Source of the DNA: an uncultured delta proteobacterium | GTDB taxonomy: Bacteria > Myxococcota_A > Polyangia > Polyangiales > Polyangiaceae | DNA: 64,000 nucleotides | Direction of reading: 5' to 3' | Assembly (NCBI GenBank): GCA_963850305.1 | Contig: CAWKKR010000001.1 | Coordinates: forward strand, 889,823 to 953,822 | In this document: one piece after another, positions 38,983-50,985 of the stretch | Numbering within the stretch: position 1 is the first letter of the stretch | Layout: each line of letters begins with the position of its first letter | Made by a program: the position numbers and the translations under genes | Notes under the pieces: model-generated | Database searches by the model: none | The model's input: the letters and a program-made list of their open reading frames with translations, nothing else | What the model was told of the DNA's origin: nothing

Positions 38983-41355
38983 TCAGGGCGGCGGCTGCGG
39001 TCCATTCCGCGGTAACCGGACGATGGCAACGGTGCCTCCACCGTCGGCGTCGCGAAGCTCCAGGCTCCCCCCGTGCTTCCGGACGATCGAATAGGTGATG
39101 GATAGACCGAGTCCGGTCCCCTGCCCGACGGGCTTGGTCGTGAAGAACGGTTCGAACACGCGATCACGGAGCTCTGGAGAGATTCCGGATCCGGTGTCGG
39201 AAACCAGGATCGAGTAGGTCGGGCCGTCCCATTCGCTCGAGATGGTCACCGTACCGTTCCCGTCGATGGCGTCGATGGCGTTCGCGACGAGGTTCAGGAG
39301 AGCCTGGTTCAAGAGACCGGGGAAGCAGGCGAGCTGGTGTGGCTCGCTGAGCCGCAGGACGACCTCGATCCGATCGCTCAGCCGATGCCGCAGGATGGTG
39401 AGGACCGACTCGATACAATCGCCGATGTCGACGGTCTTGTACTCCCCCTCGTCGAGGCGGGAGAAGGTCCTCAGCTTGACGACGAGATCCGCGATGCGTT
39501 CGAGCCCGACGCTCATCTCCCGGAGACGGCTTTCCGCGCGGTCCCATTGAGCCTTCGCCGGTACCGAGATCGTGCCGTGGATCTCCTGCTCTATGTTGGC
39601 GAGACTGTTCCGCGCGGTCTTCAGATGACTCGTCACGAACGCGAGCGGGTTGTTGATCTCGTGCGCGACGCCCGCGACGAGTTCGCCGAGCGAGGCCATC
39701 TTCGCCGACTGCACGAGGGTGGACTGAGCGGCCTGGAGGTCGCGGTACGCGGTCCCGAGGGCGTCGGCATAGCCGCGGAGCTTTTCTTCCGCGAGCTTCT
39801 GTTCGGTTCGGTCGAGGACGAATCCGACGACCGTGTCGATTCCCTCGAGCTTCACCAGGCCGAGCACGATCGGCAATCGGCCACCGTCCTTCCGGAAGAA
39901 CTCGCACTCGAGCGGGTTCGCACTGCCCGTGACGCGGAGTTGCTCGACGGCGCGACGAGTCACATCGCGCCACTCGACCGGCGTCAGCTCGTTCCACCGC
40001 ACGGCGCCGCCGTCGAGCTCTTCGCGAGAATACCCGACCATCTGCAAGAATGCGTTGTTCGCGTCGGTGAGTTGCCCGTCGATGTGCCCGACGATGATCC
40101 CGATGATGTTGGAGTGGATGAGGCGCTGAAATCGCGCTTCCGTTTCCGTGCGAACCAGCTTTTCCCTGATGCGACGGTTCTCGTCTTCGAAATGTTTCCG
40201 ACGGAGCTGGGCGCGCAACCGGGCCTTCAGCACCTCGAAGCCCGAAGCTTTTCCGATGTAATCGTCGGCGCCTGCGTTGATGCCCACGATCATCGCCTCT
40301 CGATCGTCGCGGCTCGTGAGCATCATGAGCGGGACGCCGCGCCATTCGGCGCGTTGCTTGATGCGGCGGCATGTTTCCTCGCCGGACATCGCGGGCATCA
40401 CCAGATCGAGCAGGATGCAGTCGACCGGCTGAGCCGCGAGCAACTCGAGCGCTTCTTCGCCCGAACTGGCGAGCACGACGTCGTACCCTTCCTGTCTGAG
40501 CTCGGTCCCGAGCGCGTCAAGGAATGTCGGACTGTCGTCGACCGCCAGCAGACGTTTCGGGCCGAAGAGGCTCGGTCCGCCGTCGGCGTCGGCGGCAATC
40601 GCGCCTCGCAGCAACGCCCCCAGCCGGACGATGATCATGTCGAGGTCCTGGCTCTTTCGTGCGTGGGCATCCGCCCCGGCTTCCAGCGAGCGCAGCTCGG
40701 CGTCGGCCCCCTCGGAGGCAGTCAACAGAAGGCAAGGCGCTCGTCGCAGCGTGGCGTCGGACTTGAGTCGCCGGACCACCGTGGCGCCGTCTATCCCCGG
40801 GAGCATGCCGTCGACCACGACCGCGTCGGGCCGGACCGTGGCGGCCATGGCGAGCCCTTCCTCGCCCGTCGCGGCCTCGTGCACTTCATATCCCGCGCCT
40901 TCCAGCGCTCGCTTGAGCTCGTACCGGAACGTCGGGCTGTCGTCGATCACCAGCACGTGGTGACCCGCGGACGAGGCTCGCTCCTCCTTCGCCCGCACGA
41001 GCGCGCGAGCGCGGGCCACGACCTGCCCGACCTCGTACGGCTTACCGACGTACTCGTTTGCACCCGCGTGCATCCCGCGAACACGGTCCTTGACCTCGCC
41101 CTCGGTGGAGAGGAGCAAGACGGGAATGGTGGCCGTCTTCGGCGTGCCGCGGACCTCCTTCAGAAACTCGATCCCGTCGCCGTCGGGCAACACGAGATCG
41201 AGCACCATGAGAAAGCAGTCGTTCCTCGCGAGCGCCTCGCGAGCGCTCGCGATATCGCCGCAGAGAACGGCGTCCAGACCCGCCGCGGCGAGCGCGTCGC
41301 CGATGTCCATCCGGACCGTCAAGCTGTCGTCGACGACGAGAACGACGTGCTTCAC
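38983..41355 (-). CDS. Output hybrid kinase: three REC domains + PAS + HisKA/HATPase
   Basis: Three REC domains (LDLVLP, VDGMLP, LDLVMP); [26 protein letters not shown] start coupled to the cheB stop. Confidence 0.92.
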   Translation of the reverse strand: MKHVVLVVDDSLTVRMDIGDALAAAGLDAVLCGDIASAREALARNDCFLMVLDLVLPDGDGIEFLKEVRGTPKTATIPVLLLSTEGEVKDRVRGMHAGANEYVGKPYEVGQVVARARALVRAKEERASSAGHHVLVIDDSPTFRYELKRALEGAGYEVHEAATGEEGLAMAATVRPDAVVVDGMLPGIDGATVVRRLKSDATLRRAPCLLLTASEGADAELRSLEAGADAHARKSQDLDMIIVRLGALLRGAIAADADGGPSLFGPKRLLAVDDSPTFLDALGTELRQEGYDVVLASSGEEALELLAAQPVDCILLDLVMPAMSGEETCRRIKQRAEWRGVPLMMLTSRDDREAMIVGINAGADDYIGKASGFEVLKARLRAQLRRKHFEDENRRIREKLVRTETEARFQRLIHSNIIGIIVGHIDGQLTDANNAFLQMVGYSREELDGGAVRWNELTPVEWRDVTRRAVEQLRVTGSANPLECEFFRKDGGRLPIVLGLVKLEGIDTVVGFVLDRTEQKLAEEKLRGYADALGTAYRDLQAAQSTLVQSAKMASLGELVAGVAHEINNPLAFVTSHLKTARNSLANIEQEIHGTISVPAKAQWDRAESRLREMSVGLERIADLVVKLRTFSRLDEGEYKTVDIGDCIESVLTILRHRLSDRIEVVLRLSEPHQLACFPGLLNQALLNLVANAIDAIDGNGTVTISSEWDGPTYSILVSDTGSGISPELRDRVFEPFFTTKPVGQGTGLGLSITYSIVRKHGGSLELRDADGGGTVAIVRLPRNGPQPPP

Positions 41356-42428
41356 GCCCGTGTGCCCCTCCCGGCCCCGGGCGCCAGAGCATTGAGCGCG
41401 GGGGCAATCCGGTCGAGCGCGAGAACCCGCTCGGCGCCCCCGATCAGTATCGCTTCGCGAGGCATGCCGAAGACGACCGACGTCTTCTCGTCTTGAGCGA
41501 TCGTCAGGCCGCCCGCACGCCTCACGGCCAAGAGGCCGTCGGCGCCGTCGCGACCCATCCCGGTGAGCAGACAAGCAGCGCACTCGCCGCCCATCCCTTC
41601 CGCGAGCGAACCGAACAGGACGTCCACGGACGGACGGCAGGAATGGAGCTCCGGATCCTTGGTGAGTCGCAGCACGCCCCGGCGAAAAACGAGATGGCTG
41701 TCGGGAGGAGCGACGATCACCCGTCCGGTTCCGGGTGGCGGAAGGGCTTCGCCGTCGCGGGCGTACGCGACCGGAAGCGGGCTCTGCCCATCGAGCCATT
41801 CGGCGAACGCGGCAGCAAAGAGCTTCCCGATGTGAATCACGAGCAAGATGGGAAGCGGGAAGCTCGGAGGCAGCCCGCGAAGGATCTCGACGAGGGCGGC
41901 CGGGCCCCCCGTCGAGACGCCGATCCCGACCACGCGGGGCTGGCTGGCTCGCCGCGGCTCGTCGACTGGCGGAGCGTCGGTCGAACGTGGATCCACCGGT
42001 CCCAATCGCGCACGCGGGTGCGTGATGACCTTGATCCTGGAAATGAGTTTCACCGTCGAAACGAGCTGCCGTTCCCATTCGCCGTCCGGTTCGTCGCCCA
42101 GCGGCTTGTCGAGCACGTCGAGCGCGCCCGCCGCGAGCGCTTCGTAGGTCTTGTAGAGCTCCCGTCTATTCGTCGACGCCGACACGATCAGGATCGGCGT
42201 AGGGCAATAGGCCATGATGAACTCGGTGGCGGCCAGCCCGCTCATCACCGGCAAGACCATGTCCAGGGTCACGACGTCCGGCCGCAGGCTCTGACAGAGC
42301 TCGATACCTTGCTTCCCATCCCCTGCTTCGGCGATGACTTCGATGCCCGGTTCCGCCGAGAGTACGTCGACGAGGCGCTTTCGCACCGTCAACGAGTCTT
42401 CAATCACGAGAACACGAACGCTCGGCAT
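41352..42428 (-). CDS. cheB: Chemotaxis response regulator / protein-glutamate methylesterase
   Basis: REC domain plus GVSTGGP, IHIG, RPSVDVLF and LTGMGRDG. Confidence 0.96.
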   Translation of the reverse strand: MPSVRVLVIEDSLTVRKRLVDVLSAEPGIEVIAEAGDGKQGIELCQSLRPDVVTLDMVLPVMSGLAATEFIMAYCPTPILIVSASTNRRELYKTYEALAAGALDVLDKPLGDEPDGEWERQLVSTVKLISRIKVITHPRARLGPVDPRSTDAPPVDEPRRASQPRVVGIGVSTGGPAALVEILRGLPPSFPLPILLVIHIGKLFAAAFAEWLDGQSPLPVAYARDGEALPPPGTGRVIVAPPDSHLVFRRGVLRLTKDPELHSCRPSVDVLFGSLAEGMGGECAACLLTGMGRDGADGLLAVRRAGGLTIAQDEKTSVVFGMPREAILIGGAERVLALDRIAPALNALAPGAGRGTRA

Positions 42429-42431
42429 CCG

Positions 42432-44465
42432 TTACCCGATCAGCCCGCGAATGGCGGTCAAGAGCACGGCCTGATCGAATTCCCCCTTGACGATGTATCC
42501 GCGCGCGCCGGCTCGTTCGCCGCGCCGTCGATCGTCGGGGGAACTCAGGGACGTCACCAGGATGGACGGAACGTCCCGCAGGGCCGGGTCGGCGCGGGTC
42601 TCCGCGATGAACTGAAATCCGTTCATGCCAGGCATCTCGACATCCACCAGAAAAAGGCTGTACTGGCGCGTTCGGGCTTTGCCGAGCCCCTCTTCACCGG
42701 ACGCCGCGAGGTCGACCTCGTAGCCCGCCGATTCCAGGATACTCTGCTCCAGCATCCGCGTCGTCATCGAGTCGTCCACGATGAGAATCGGCACGCGCCG
42801 GGTGGCTTCCGGGTCGTCGACGGAACGCCCGGCACTCTCTGCGGCCGCAACGAGCCCGTGAGGGTCGAGCACCAGCCGCGGGTTACCCTCGGTATCCAGC
42901 GAGGCGCCGAAGACGACCTCGTCGGCCTCCACCGTGTCCGGCAGCGAGCGAACCACGACGTTCGTCGTGCCGAGGAGTCGGTCGACGCCGATGACCGCGC
43001 GCCGATGGTCGGCGTGAACGACCACTCCCGACCACCTCCGCAGCCGCGGCGACGCCGGAGTCGGCCGGCGTAGCGCCCGATCCAGCCGCAAGAACGGAAC
43101 CACGGTTCCTTCGAGATCGATCGAATCTCCGCCCGCGGACTTCGCGATATCCCGTTCTCCGATGCGAACGGTTCGTTCGATCGCGTCGAGCGGGATCGTC
43201 GCAGTGGTGCCCGCCACCTCGACCACGAGTCCCCGCAGCGAGGCGACGACGACGGGCACGACGACCTCGACCGTCGTGCCGCGACCGGCTTCGCTCCGGA
43301 CCCGCATCTCCCCCTTGAGGGCCGCGCAGGTGGCACGCACGACGTCGAGGCCGATCCCCCGCCCCGAGAGCTCCGAGACGTCGCCCATGGTCGTCAACCC
43401 GCCGGTTCCGAGAAGCGCGACGACTTGCTCCGGCGTCTTGGCTGCGGCGTCGCCCTCGGAGAGCAGTCCGCGCAGGACGGCAGCGGCCCGCACGGCCGCG
43501 ATATCGATCCCCCCTCCGTCGTCGCTACACGCGAAGAACGCGTCGCTACCACGCCGATGGACGGAAAGCCGCACGCTTGCCACCGGAGGCTTCCCTGACG
43601 CGACGCGCTCGGCCGCGCTCTCCACGCCGTGAGTCACCGCATTTCGCACGACGTGTCCGAGTGCCTCGCCGATCTGCGCGAGGGCGCTCGCGTCGAGTCG
43701 GACGTCACCTCCGCTGACATCGAAGTCGACACGCTTGCCGAGGGATTGCGCGGCATCGCGCACGGTTCGGGCCAGCGCCGGGAAGATCGTCCGCGCCGGA
43801 AGCAACCTCAGTCGATGGGCGAGATCGCTGAGCTTCGAAAGCTCCGCATCGACCCGGTCCAGGTCGACCGAGACCCCTCGCTTGAGGCGATCCAGGCCAT
43901 CGAGCACCTCGGCGACGAGTCCGAGACCGCGGATCGACGCGCGAGCGTCGCCCTCGATTCGAGCGTGAGTTTCCGCGAGCTCGTCCGCGAGCGAGGTGAC
44001 GAGCTTGCGCAGAGGGCCGGTCTCGCCCAAGGCCCGCCGCACGGCCCCGACGTGTAGCCAGGTCTCCGCGACGTCGCGCAAGAGAGCATCGACATCCTCC
44101 GTCGCCACTCGCAGCGTCTCGGGCGACTCCTCGACCGGCTTGGCCCGCTGTGCGGGTTCCGGGACGAGATCGAGTGAACGGACCTGGGCGCCGATCCGAT
44201 CCAGCAGCCCGAACAGCTCCGTGGCGCGCTCTTTCGAGAGGGGGAGGCCGCCGGGATCGGCGACGAGCGCGTCCTCGATCGCGTGCGCCAGCGTCGCGAT
44301 CTCGGGCTGCTTGACGACGCGGGCGGCGCCCTTGAGCGTGTGCGCCGAGCGAAGAAGGGCAGTGACCTCGCCTCCCCCCTTTTCGCGCTCCAGGATCCCG
44401 CGCGTGAGCGCGTCGAGGAGCTCTCGCGCTTCGATGCGGAAGTACTTGTAAGGGTCCTTCGCCAT
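42432..44465 (-). CDS. cheA: Hybrid CheA-type kinase (Hpt-HATPase-CheW-REC), WspE-like
   Basis: AHTLKGAA Hpt; RNAVTHG, DDGGGID, SGRGIGLDVV; C-terminal REC VDVEMPG. Confidence 0.93.
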   Translation of the reverse strand: MAKDPYKYFRIEARELLDALTRGILEREKGGGEVTALLRSAHTLKGAARVVKQPEIATLAHAIEDALVADPGGLPLSKERATELFGLLDRIGAQVRSLDLVPEPAQRAKPVEESPETLRVATEDVDALLRDVAETWLHVGAVRRALGETGPLRKLVTSLADELAETHARIEGDARASIRGLGLVAEVLDGLDRLKRGVSVDLDRVDAELSKLSDLAHRLRLLPARTIFPALARTVRDAAQSLGKRVDFDVSGGDVRLDASALAQIGEALGHVVRNAVTHGVESAAERVASGKPPVASVRLSVHRRGSDAFFACSDDGGGIDIAAVRAAAVLRGLLSEGDAAAKTPEQVVALLGTGGLTTMGDVSELSGRGIGLDVVRATCAALKGEMRVRSEAGRGTTVEVVVPVVVASLRGLVVEVAGTTATIPLDAIERTVRIGERDIAKSAGGDSIDLEGTVVPFLRLDRALRRPTPASPRLRRWSGVVVHADHRRAVIGVDRLLGTTNVVVRSLPDTVEADEVVFGASLDTEGNPRLVLDPHGLVAAAESAGRSVDDPEATRRVPILIVDDSMTTRMLEQSILESAGYEVDLAASGEEGLGKARTRQYSLFLVDVEMPGMNGFQFIAETRADPALRDVPSILVTSLSSPDDRRRGERAGARGYIVKGEFDQAVLLTAIRGLIG

Positions 44466-44476
44466 TCGAACAGGGG

Positions 44477-45949
44477 TTACGCGGCCGACCGTGGCTGAAC
44501 TAGCCGCTGCAGATCTCGCGACAGCCTCGTGAGCTCCGTTGCCGTCTGAAATGTCTGGTTGGAACTTGCTTCCGTCTCTCGGGTCGCCTGCGCGACGTTG
44601 GAGACCGCGACGTTCACTTGCTCGACTGCGGTCGACTGCTGTTTGGTGCTGAGCTCGATCTGTCGCGCCGCCTCGGTGGTGGTCCCGACCAGTCCTGCAA
44701 TTTCGCCGAAGGCCACGGCAACCTCGGAGAACTGGCCGGCGCCGGCGTCGACCGCCTTGGTCCCGCCCTCCGTGGTCATGACGGTCGTGTTCACCGCCGC
44801 GCGAATCTCGTCGATGAGACCCCGGATCTCCTTGGTCGAGTTCGCCACGCGGTCCGCGAGCTTGCGGATCTCGTCGGCCACGACGGCGAACCGCTTCCCC
44901 GATTCCCCGGCGCCAGCCGCCTCGATGGTCGCGTTGATGGCGAGAATGTTCGTCTGCTCGGACAGCTCGTTGATGATCTCGAGCACGGCGCCGATCTGCT
45001 GAGACTTCTTCCCGAGATCGAGCATGTTCGTCACGATCAGATCCACCTGACGTTTGATGAGCCCGATCGAATCCGTGGCCTTCGATACGGTCGTCTCCCC
45101 CGAGCGCGCGGACTTGGCCGTGTTCTCGGCGATGTGCGTGACGCGCTGAGCGCTCTCGGCGATCTGTTTCGACGTGGCGAGCAGCTCGTTGATTGTCGTC
45201 GTGATTTCGTTCATGGCGGTCGATTGTTCCTTGGCCCCGGCCGCTTGCTGATTCGCCGCCGTCTGCAGCTCGGACGACGAACTCTGGACGTGCTGAACGG
45301 CCGCGCCGATCTGAGTCGTCAGAGAGCGGGTGATCACGACGCCCGCGCCGGTCACGAGCAGGAGACACAGTAGCGTTCCGAATCCGATGGCGGCGTTCGC
45401 GCCCTCCGCGGCCGCCTCCACTTCGGCGGCGCGTCGCTCGAGGTGGCCTCGTTCCTCGTGGGCCATGTCTCCTGCGATTTGCCGGATGCTGTCCATGTAC
45501 TTCTTGCCGTCCCCTTGATCGACGAACTTCAGGACCTTGTCCACGTCACCGGTCCGACGGAGGGCTACGGACTGCTTCATGATCGCCATCTTCTCCGCGA
45601 TCAGAGGTTCCGCCTGCTCGAGCCGCTTCTGCTGGTCCGGATCGCCCTCGATCGAGCCGCGAAGGTCCGCGAGAATCTTGGGAATCGCCGAACCTGCGTC
45701 GACGTAGGGCTGGAGGTACGTGTCGTCGCCCGTGATCAGGTATCCACGCTGCCCGGTCTCCGCGTCCTTCAGCGAGCTCAGCAGGTTCGTGATTTCTTCG
45801 AGGGTCGTGTGCGCGCGAGTCACGGCGTAGCTGGTGCGCGTGAGCGTCCCGATGCTCCGGTAGGCGATCAGCCCCACGACGGCGAGGAGCACGAAGGAGA
45901 GTGCGAATCCGAGGGCGATCTTTCGCCCGAACGTCCAGGAAATAGTCAT
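44477..45949 (-). CDS. Methyl-accepting chemotaxis protein with CHASE3 sensor domain
   Basis: Two TM helices; [13 protein letters not shown] (CHASE3); [15 protein letters not shown]...[12 protein letters not shown]. Confidence 0.95.
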   Translation of the reverse strand: MTISWTFGRKIALGFALSFVLLAVVGLIAYRSIGTLTRTSYAVTRAHTTLEEITNLLSSLKDAETGQRGYLITGDDTYLQPYVDAGSAIPKILADLRGSIEGDPDQQKRLEQAEPLIAEKMAIMKQSVALRRTGDVDKVLKFVDQGDGKKYMDSIRQIAGDMAHEERGHLERRAAEVEAAAEGANAAIGFGTLLCLLLVTGAGVVITRSLTTQIGAAVQHVQSSSSELQTAANQQAAGAKEQSTAMNEITTTINELLATSKQIAESAQRVTHIAENTAKSARSGETTVSKATDSIGLIKRQVDLIVTNMLDLGKKSQQIGAVLEIINELSEQTNILAINATIEAAGAGESGKRFAVVADEIRKLADRVANSTKEIRGLIDEIRAAVNTTVMTTEGGTKAVDAGAGQFSEVAVAFGEIAGLVGTTTEAARQIELSTKQQSTAVEQVNVAVSNVAQATRETEASSNQTFQTATELTRLSRDLQRLVQPRSAA

Positions 45950-46485
45950 TTTTGAGATGCTCCCTTTTCAGTCTTCCGACCGCCCTTCGTCCCGGCGCGA
46001 AGATTCGCGACGACGAGCGGGATGTCGACGATGGCGCGGCTCTCCGCGTCTGTTCTCGCGAACTCGGTCAAGTATTTGCCGGTGATTTCGGCGGTCCGGA
46101 GAGCGGACTTCGGCAGACGCAGATGGCCTTCGAAGTCGGCGAACACGAGCCCGATCGGGTCCGACGGGTTGCAGAGAACGATCCAGCGCCCAGGATTGGG
46201 CGCTGGATCGTACCCGAGTATCGAGCCGAGCTCGAACGCGGGGAGCACCCTGCCTCGAACGCCGACGAGCCCGAGCAGACCCGGCGTCCCCGTCGGAATT
46301 GCCGTGACCGTCGGTCTGATGAGCACCTCGACGAGGTGACTCAACCGAATGGCGTGCGGTTCCCCTGCCAGGCGGATCGCGAGCAACGACTCCAGCTCCT
46401 CCGGCGTCGGCGCGGGGGGCTCGGCGAACGAGGCGTCGAACTGTCGCCGAAGAACGCTGGCCGTGGTCTCGGCGGGGGTGATCAT
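45946..46485 (-). CDS. cheW: CheW adaptor protein
   Basis: [11 protein letters not shown]-terminus; [15 protein letters not shown]. Confidence 0.88.
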   Translation of the reverse strand: MITPAETTASVLRRQFDASFAEPPAPTPEELESLLAIRLAGEPHAIRLSHLVEVLIRPTVTAIPTGTPGLLGLVGVRGRVLPAFELGSILGYDPAPNPGRWIVLCNPSDPIGLVFADFEGHLRLPKSALRTAEITGKYLTEFARTDAESRAIVDIPLVVANLRAGTKGGRKTEKGASQK

Positions 46486-48029
46486 TCCGCACCCCCGACG
46501 GACGCCATCTGCGCGCGACAGAACTCGAGCAGCGCCGCTCGCGAAAAGCCGCCGCCGAACAGAAGGATGCGAGAAGGCTCTTCGCAGGACAGCAACGCCG
46601 AGGCCTGAGCGAGCTCGCGACGAGCCGTCCGCCGGTCGCCCTGCCGTTTGGCGATCATCCCGAGGTGAAGGTGGGGCATCGCAAAACCTGCGTCGAGGTA
46701 GATCGCCGTCTGATCGTGCTCCACGGCTCCGGACGAATCCCCCGAGTGCTCGCGGCACAACGCCATCACGTGATGCGCGGCCGCATTGAGATCGTCCAGC
46801 GCGAGGAGACGGCTGCAGACTTCCTCGGACGCGTCGAGCCGGCCGCTGTTGGTGAGCAGGATCGCGTGGAGGAGGAGCGCATCGGGGTCTCGATTGAACT
46901 CGGATGGCAGCGAACCGATGAGCCTCAGAGCGTCGGTGAACCGCTCCCGGCGTAACGCATCGAGCACGATTTCGAGCCGGGTACTCGGCTCGGCAGCGGC
47001 CCGCTTCGGTTCGTCCGGGACCCTCGCGAGCGGCTCGGGGGGCCCGCTCTGGCCGTCCGTCAGCGCGGCGATCCGCGCCGATGCATGGCGGATAACGTCG
47101 ACCCACGAGTCCGTCGGCTCCGCGAACGAGGTCGGCAGCGGCGACGCCGTCGAGCCACGTAGCGCGAGCGACTCATCCGTGGATCCCCTCGAATCGAGCT
47201 CGGAGCGCCGCCGATAGTAGAAGGTGTCGTGCGTGTGGCAAATGTGGAACTCGTGAGTCAGCCCGCGGAGCGTCTCGGCGTGCCCGAGGAACAAGAACCC
47301 GTGCGGGGAGAGCGCTCGCGCGAGCCTCCGTACGACGCCGCGGGCCTGTTCCGGCGTGAAGTACATCAGCACGTTGCGGCAGAAGACGATGTCGTACTCT
47401 CCTTCACGCCAGAAGGAGGACCCGGCGTCGACCAGATTCCTCTCTTCGAATTTCACCATCTTCCGGATTTCCGGATCGAGGACGAAGGATTGCGCCTCCA
47501 TCCGGAAATAGCGCTGCCTGGTGACCTCCGGCGTGGCCCGTAGCGACCACGATGAATAGCGTCCGAGGGCGGCCTTATCGAGAACGGCCAGGTTGACGTC
47601 GACTCCCACGACCTCGACGTCCCAATTTGCAAGGTCGGGGAAGGACTCTCGGAGAGTGAGCGCAAGCGAGTACGGCTCCTCGCCAGACGCGCAGCCCGCG
47701 GAAAGAATGCGAAGCCGCTTCTCCCGGCTTCTGGCGCGGGTACATTCGGGGACGACCGCGCCAACGAAAGCACTAAAGCTGTCGGCGTTTCGAAAGAAGT
47801 ACGTTTCGTTGACCGTGAGCTGTTCAGCGAGCGCGCGAATTTCTCCAGAATGAGACTGAGTGACCTGCTCGAAGTACGCGTCGAAGCACGCGCTGCCGAC
47901 GGCATCCATGCGTTGCCGCAGCACGTCCGCCAGGAATTCGAGTCGATCCTCTCCGTAGTCGAGCCCGAGTTGCGAAGCGACGACGGCACGAAACCGCTGC
48001 AGAACCGCGCGTTCGACCAGCGGTATCAT
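46482..48029 (-). CDS. cheR: CheR methyltransferase with C-terminal TPR (WspC-like)
   Basis: TVNETYFFR, SAGCASGEEPYSL, FCRNVLMYF, GHAETL; TPR tail. Confidence 0.94.
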   Translation of the reverse strand: MIPLVERAVLQRFRAVVASQLGLDYGEDRLEFLADVLRQRMDAVGSACFDAYFEQVTQSHSGEIRALAEQLTVNETYFFRNADSFSAFVGAVVPECTRARSREKRLRILSAGCASGEEPYSLALTLRESFPDLANWDVEVVGVDVNLAVLDKAALGRYSSWSLRATPEVTRQRYFRMEAQSFVLDPEIRKMVKFEERNLVDAGSSFWREGEYDIVFCRNVLMYFTPEQARGVVRRLARALSPHGFLFLGHAETLRGLTHEFHICHTHDTFYYRRRSELDSRGSTDESLALRGSTASPLPTSFAEPTDSWVDVIRHASARIAALTDGQSGPPEPLARVPDEPKRAAAEPSTRLEIVLDALRRERFTDALRLIGSLPSEFNRDPDALLLHAILLTNSGRLDASEEVCSRLLALDDLNAAAHHVMALCREHSGDSSGAVEHDQTAIYLDAGFAMPHLHLGMIAKRQGDRRTARRELAQASALLSCEEPSRILLFGGGFSRAALLEFCRAQMASVGGAE

Positions 48030-48351
48030 GACGCCGCGCCGGGAGCGGCGAGAGGCACGCGGAGGCGCCCACCGCTGCCGTCGGAGACTCGAGGGCTGGC
48101 CGGGCGTTCGCGAGGGCAAGGGGCAGTGCTCCGCGTCTCTCCCGCCGAAATCGCGAGGCCGCCCGCGAGACGCCGCCACCTGTGATGCCTCGGACCTAGC
48201 CCGCGGCTGTCCATCGTTCCCTAGCCTCCGGACGAGTGTCCCCGGGGACACCGCCATGATCCAACGAGTGCACCGAAAGCACCGCACTCGTCAATGGCCG
48301 GAATCGTTGGAGTTCCAACGAGACCGCGTGACGACGAGCAGTCCACACCAA

Positions 48352-48489
48352 GTAACTGTTTTGTTACCACTAACCCATAAATGGGACGGTGCAGACGCGT
48401 ACTCGGGCGAGGGAGTACCAAAATCGGTAATCTAGCCGCACACCTTCGGTTGGATCCCTCGCCGCGGCGTAGCGTAACCGGGTCGTTAA
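48352..48489. promoter_or_regulatory. Two GTAAC-N6-GTTA(C/A) motifs in the divergent promoter region
   Basis: GTAACTGTTTTGTTAC at 48352-48367 and GTAACCGGGTCGTTAA at 48474-48489. Confidence 0.4.
48406..48463 (+). ncRNA. Candidate structured cis-regulatory RNA (three-way junction)
   Basis: 9-bp closing stem enclosing 4-bp and 8-bp hairpins; folded by hand, no known family recognised. Confidence 0.3.
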
Positions 48490-48654
48490 CGGTGTCGGAC
48501 TTGACCGGACCGTCAGGTTCTGTAACTGATTAATGTGGATCGCGTCCGAAAGGGCGTGCGAAGCGGGAGGTTCCGGCGCGACGTCACTAGGAGCCGCAGC
48601 ACACGAGATCTGGCGCCGGGCATGTCATCGGATCGGGGCGTGACGAGACAAAAC

Positions 48655-50985
48655 ATGTCGTGCTTGAAAGACCGCGTCCTGGTCGTCGACGACGAGCCCC
48701 AGGTACTGGTGGCATTGGAAGATCTGCTTTCCGACGATTTTACCGTTCTGAAAACGGAGTCCGGCGAGGAAGCGCTCCGCCTCATGGACCGCGAACGCGA
48801 GATCGCCGTGGTCATCAGCGACCAGCGTATGCCGAGGATGAGCGGAGCCGACTTCCTCGCGAAGATAGCGCCTGACACCGAATCGAGCCGGATCCTGCTC
48901 ACGGGCTACGCAGATCTCTCGGCCGTCATTCGCGCGGTGAACGAGGGCAGGATCTTCGCGTACGTGATGAAGCCGTGGAGCCCCGAGGATCTCCAGCTCA
49001 AGGTCCGAACCGCCGCCGAGCACTTTCGCCTCGTGAGGGAGCTCCACCAGGAACGGCAACTCCTCCGCGACCTGATGGATAACGTCCCGGACGGCATTTA
49101 TTTCAAGGATCCCGAGCTCCGCTTCCAGCGGGCGAATCGGGCGTTCGCGGCGATGACCGCGAGCCACGACCCCACGAGCATCGTCGGGAAGCGATTGGAG
49201 GACGTCGTCCCGACGCTCTCGGACGCGCGAGACATAGAGGCCGACGAGAGGCGGGTTCTTTCGGAAGCCAGAGCAAGCATCGACACGGTGCGAGAATGGT
49301 CGAATGGCAAGCGGCGCTGGCTCTCGGAGACCAAGGCGCCCGTCCGCGGGTGGGACGGCGGGATTGTGGGCCTCGTAGGGATCTCACGAGACGTGACGGA
49401 ACGCGTCGAAACCCAGGAGGCGCTGCGGAAGAGCGAGGAGATGCTCCGGAAGCAGACCCGCGTCCTGAACTCGATCCTCGATAGCATGGCCGATGGAGTC
49501 ATCGCGGTGGGACAGGCAGGGGACGTCCTTCTGTTCAACCGTCGCGCCCAGCAGATTCTCGGCGTGACGCCGCCCGAGGACCTGGCGTCTGACTGGCTGA
49601 AAACCTACGGCGCCTGCCACGCGGACCGCACGACGCAGATCACGCCCGACCAGGATCCGCTCCGACGCGCCATGAAAGGAGACGCCGTTTCGGACGTGGA
49701 GATCTTCGTCCGGGACGGTAAAGGTGGCGGCGCCATGGTCACCATGACCGCGTCGGCGTTGCGCGACGACGCGGGACGCCTCGCCGGCGGCATTGCTCTC
49801 CTTCGCGACGTGACGCTCCAGCGAAGCCTGGAACAGCAGCTGGTCCAATCTCAAAAAATGGACGCCATCGGGCGCCTCGCGGGCGGCATCGCGCACGACT
49901 TCAACAACCTCCTGGCCGTGATCCTGAGCTACGCAGAGCTCGGCATCGGAGGGCTCCCACGAGACAATCCCCTCCGGGAGGATCTGACGCAGCTGATCGA
50001 CGCGGTCCATCGGGCGAGCGCTCTGACGCGGCAGCTCCTTGCCTTCAGCCGTCGACAGGTGGTCCAGACAAAACTGCTGAAACTGAACGAAATCGTTTCG
50101 AACATCGAACGGATGCTGAAGCGCGTCATCGGCGAGGACATCGAACTCACCACGAAGCTGACGCCCGCACTCGGAACGATCCGCGCCGATGCAGGGCAGG
50201 TCGAGCAGATCATCCTGAACCTGACGGTGAATGCGCGCGACGCCATGCCGGATGGCGGACGGCTCACGATCGCGACGGACAACGTTTCGCTGCGCGACGC
50301 CGAGGCGGCATCGATGATGGGGCTCACCACGACGGAATTCGTCGTCCTCACCGTCGCCGATACTGGGACCGGGATGCCCCTCGAGACTCGACGCCACATC
50401 TTCGAGCCCTTTTTCACGACCAAGGAGGTCGGTAAGGGAACCGGCCTGGGGCTCTCGACGGTCTACGGGATCGTGCAGCAGATCGGCGGCCAGATCCGGG
50501 TCGACAGCGAGCTCTCACGCGGAACCTCCTTCGAGATTTTCTTCCCTCGGACGGACGGGATCGAGACCGCGCCCGAGCGAACCTCTCAAGCCCCGCCGTC
50601 CGGCAAGGGCGCCGGGACCATCCTTCTGGTCGAAGACGATGGCGCAGTCCGGCGCGTCGCGCTCAGGATCCTGCGCGAAGCGGGCTACGCCGTTCTGGAG
50701 GCCAACGGGGTCACCGATGCGAGACGTATCTGCGACGAGATGGGCTCGTCGATCGATCTCCTGCTGACGGACGTGGTCATGCCCGAGATCAATGGGCCGA
50801 AGCTGGCCGAGGAGCTCTCCAACGCGTGTCCTGGGCTGCGAGTTCTGTACATGTCCGGCTACCCCGGTGGCGCCATCGCTCAAGATCAGGTGCTAGCCCA
50901 GACGGAAGCGTACGTGGAGAAGCCGTTCTCTCCGGCATCGTTGGTCAAAAAAGTGCGACAGGCGCTGGGGGAGGACTCGTCTTGA
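48655..50985 (+). CDS. Hybrid sensor kinase REC-PAS-PAS-HisKA-HATPase-REC
   Basis: ISDQRMP; two PAS domains; [27 protein letters not shown]. Confidence 0.94.
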   Translation: MSCLKDRVLVVDDEPQVLVALEDLLSDDFTVLKTESGEEALRLMDREREIAVVISDQRMPRMSGADFLAKIAPDTESSRILLTGYADLSAVIRAVNEGRIFAYVMKPWSPEDLQLKVRTAAEHFRLVRELHQERQLLRDLMDNVPDGIYFKDPELRFQRANRAFAAMTASHDPTSIVGKRLEDVVPTLSDARDIEADERRVLSEARASIDTVREWSNGKRRWLSETKAPVRGWDGGIVGLVGISRDVTERVETQEALRKSEEMLRKQTRVLNSILDSMADGVIAVGQAGDVLLFNRRAQQILGVTPPEDLASDWLKTYGACHADRTTQITPDQDPLRRAMKGDAVSDVEIFVRDGKGGGAMVTMTASALRDDAGRLAGGIALLRDVTLQRSLEQQLVQSQKMDAIGRLAGGIAHDFNNLLAVILSYAELGIGGLPRDNPLREDLTQLIDAVHRASALTRQLLAFSRRQVVQTKLLKLNEIVSNIERMLKRVIGEDIELTTKLTPALGTIRADAGQVEQIILNLTVNARDAMPDGGRLTIATDNVSLRDAEAASMMGLTTTEFVVLTVADTGTGMPLETRRHIFEPFFTTKEVGKGTGLGLSTVYGIVQQIGGQIRVDSELSRGTSFEIFFPRTDGIETAPERTSQAPPSGKGAGTILLVEDDGAVRRVALRILREAGYAVLEANGVTDARRICDEMGSSIDLLLTDVVMPEINGPKLAEELSNACPGLRVLYMSGYPGGAIAQDQVLAQTEAYVEKPFSPASLVKKVRQALGEDSS

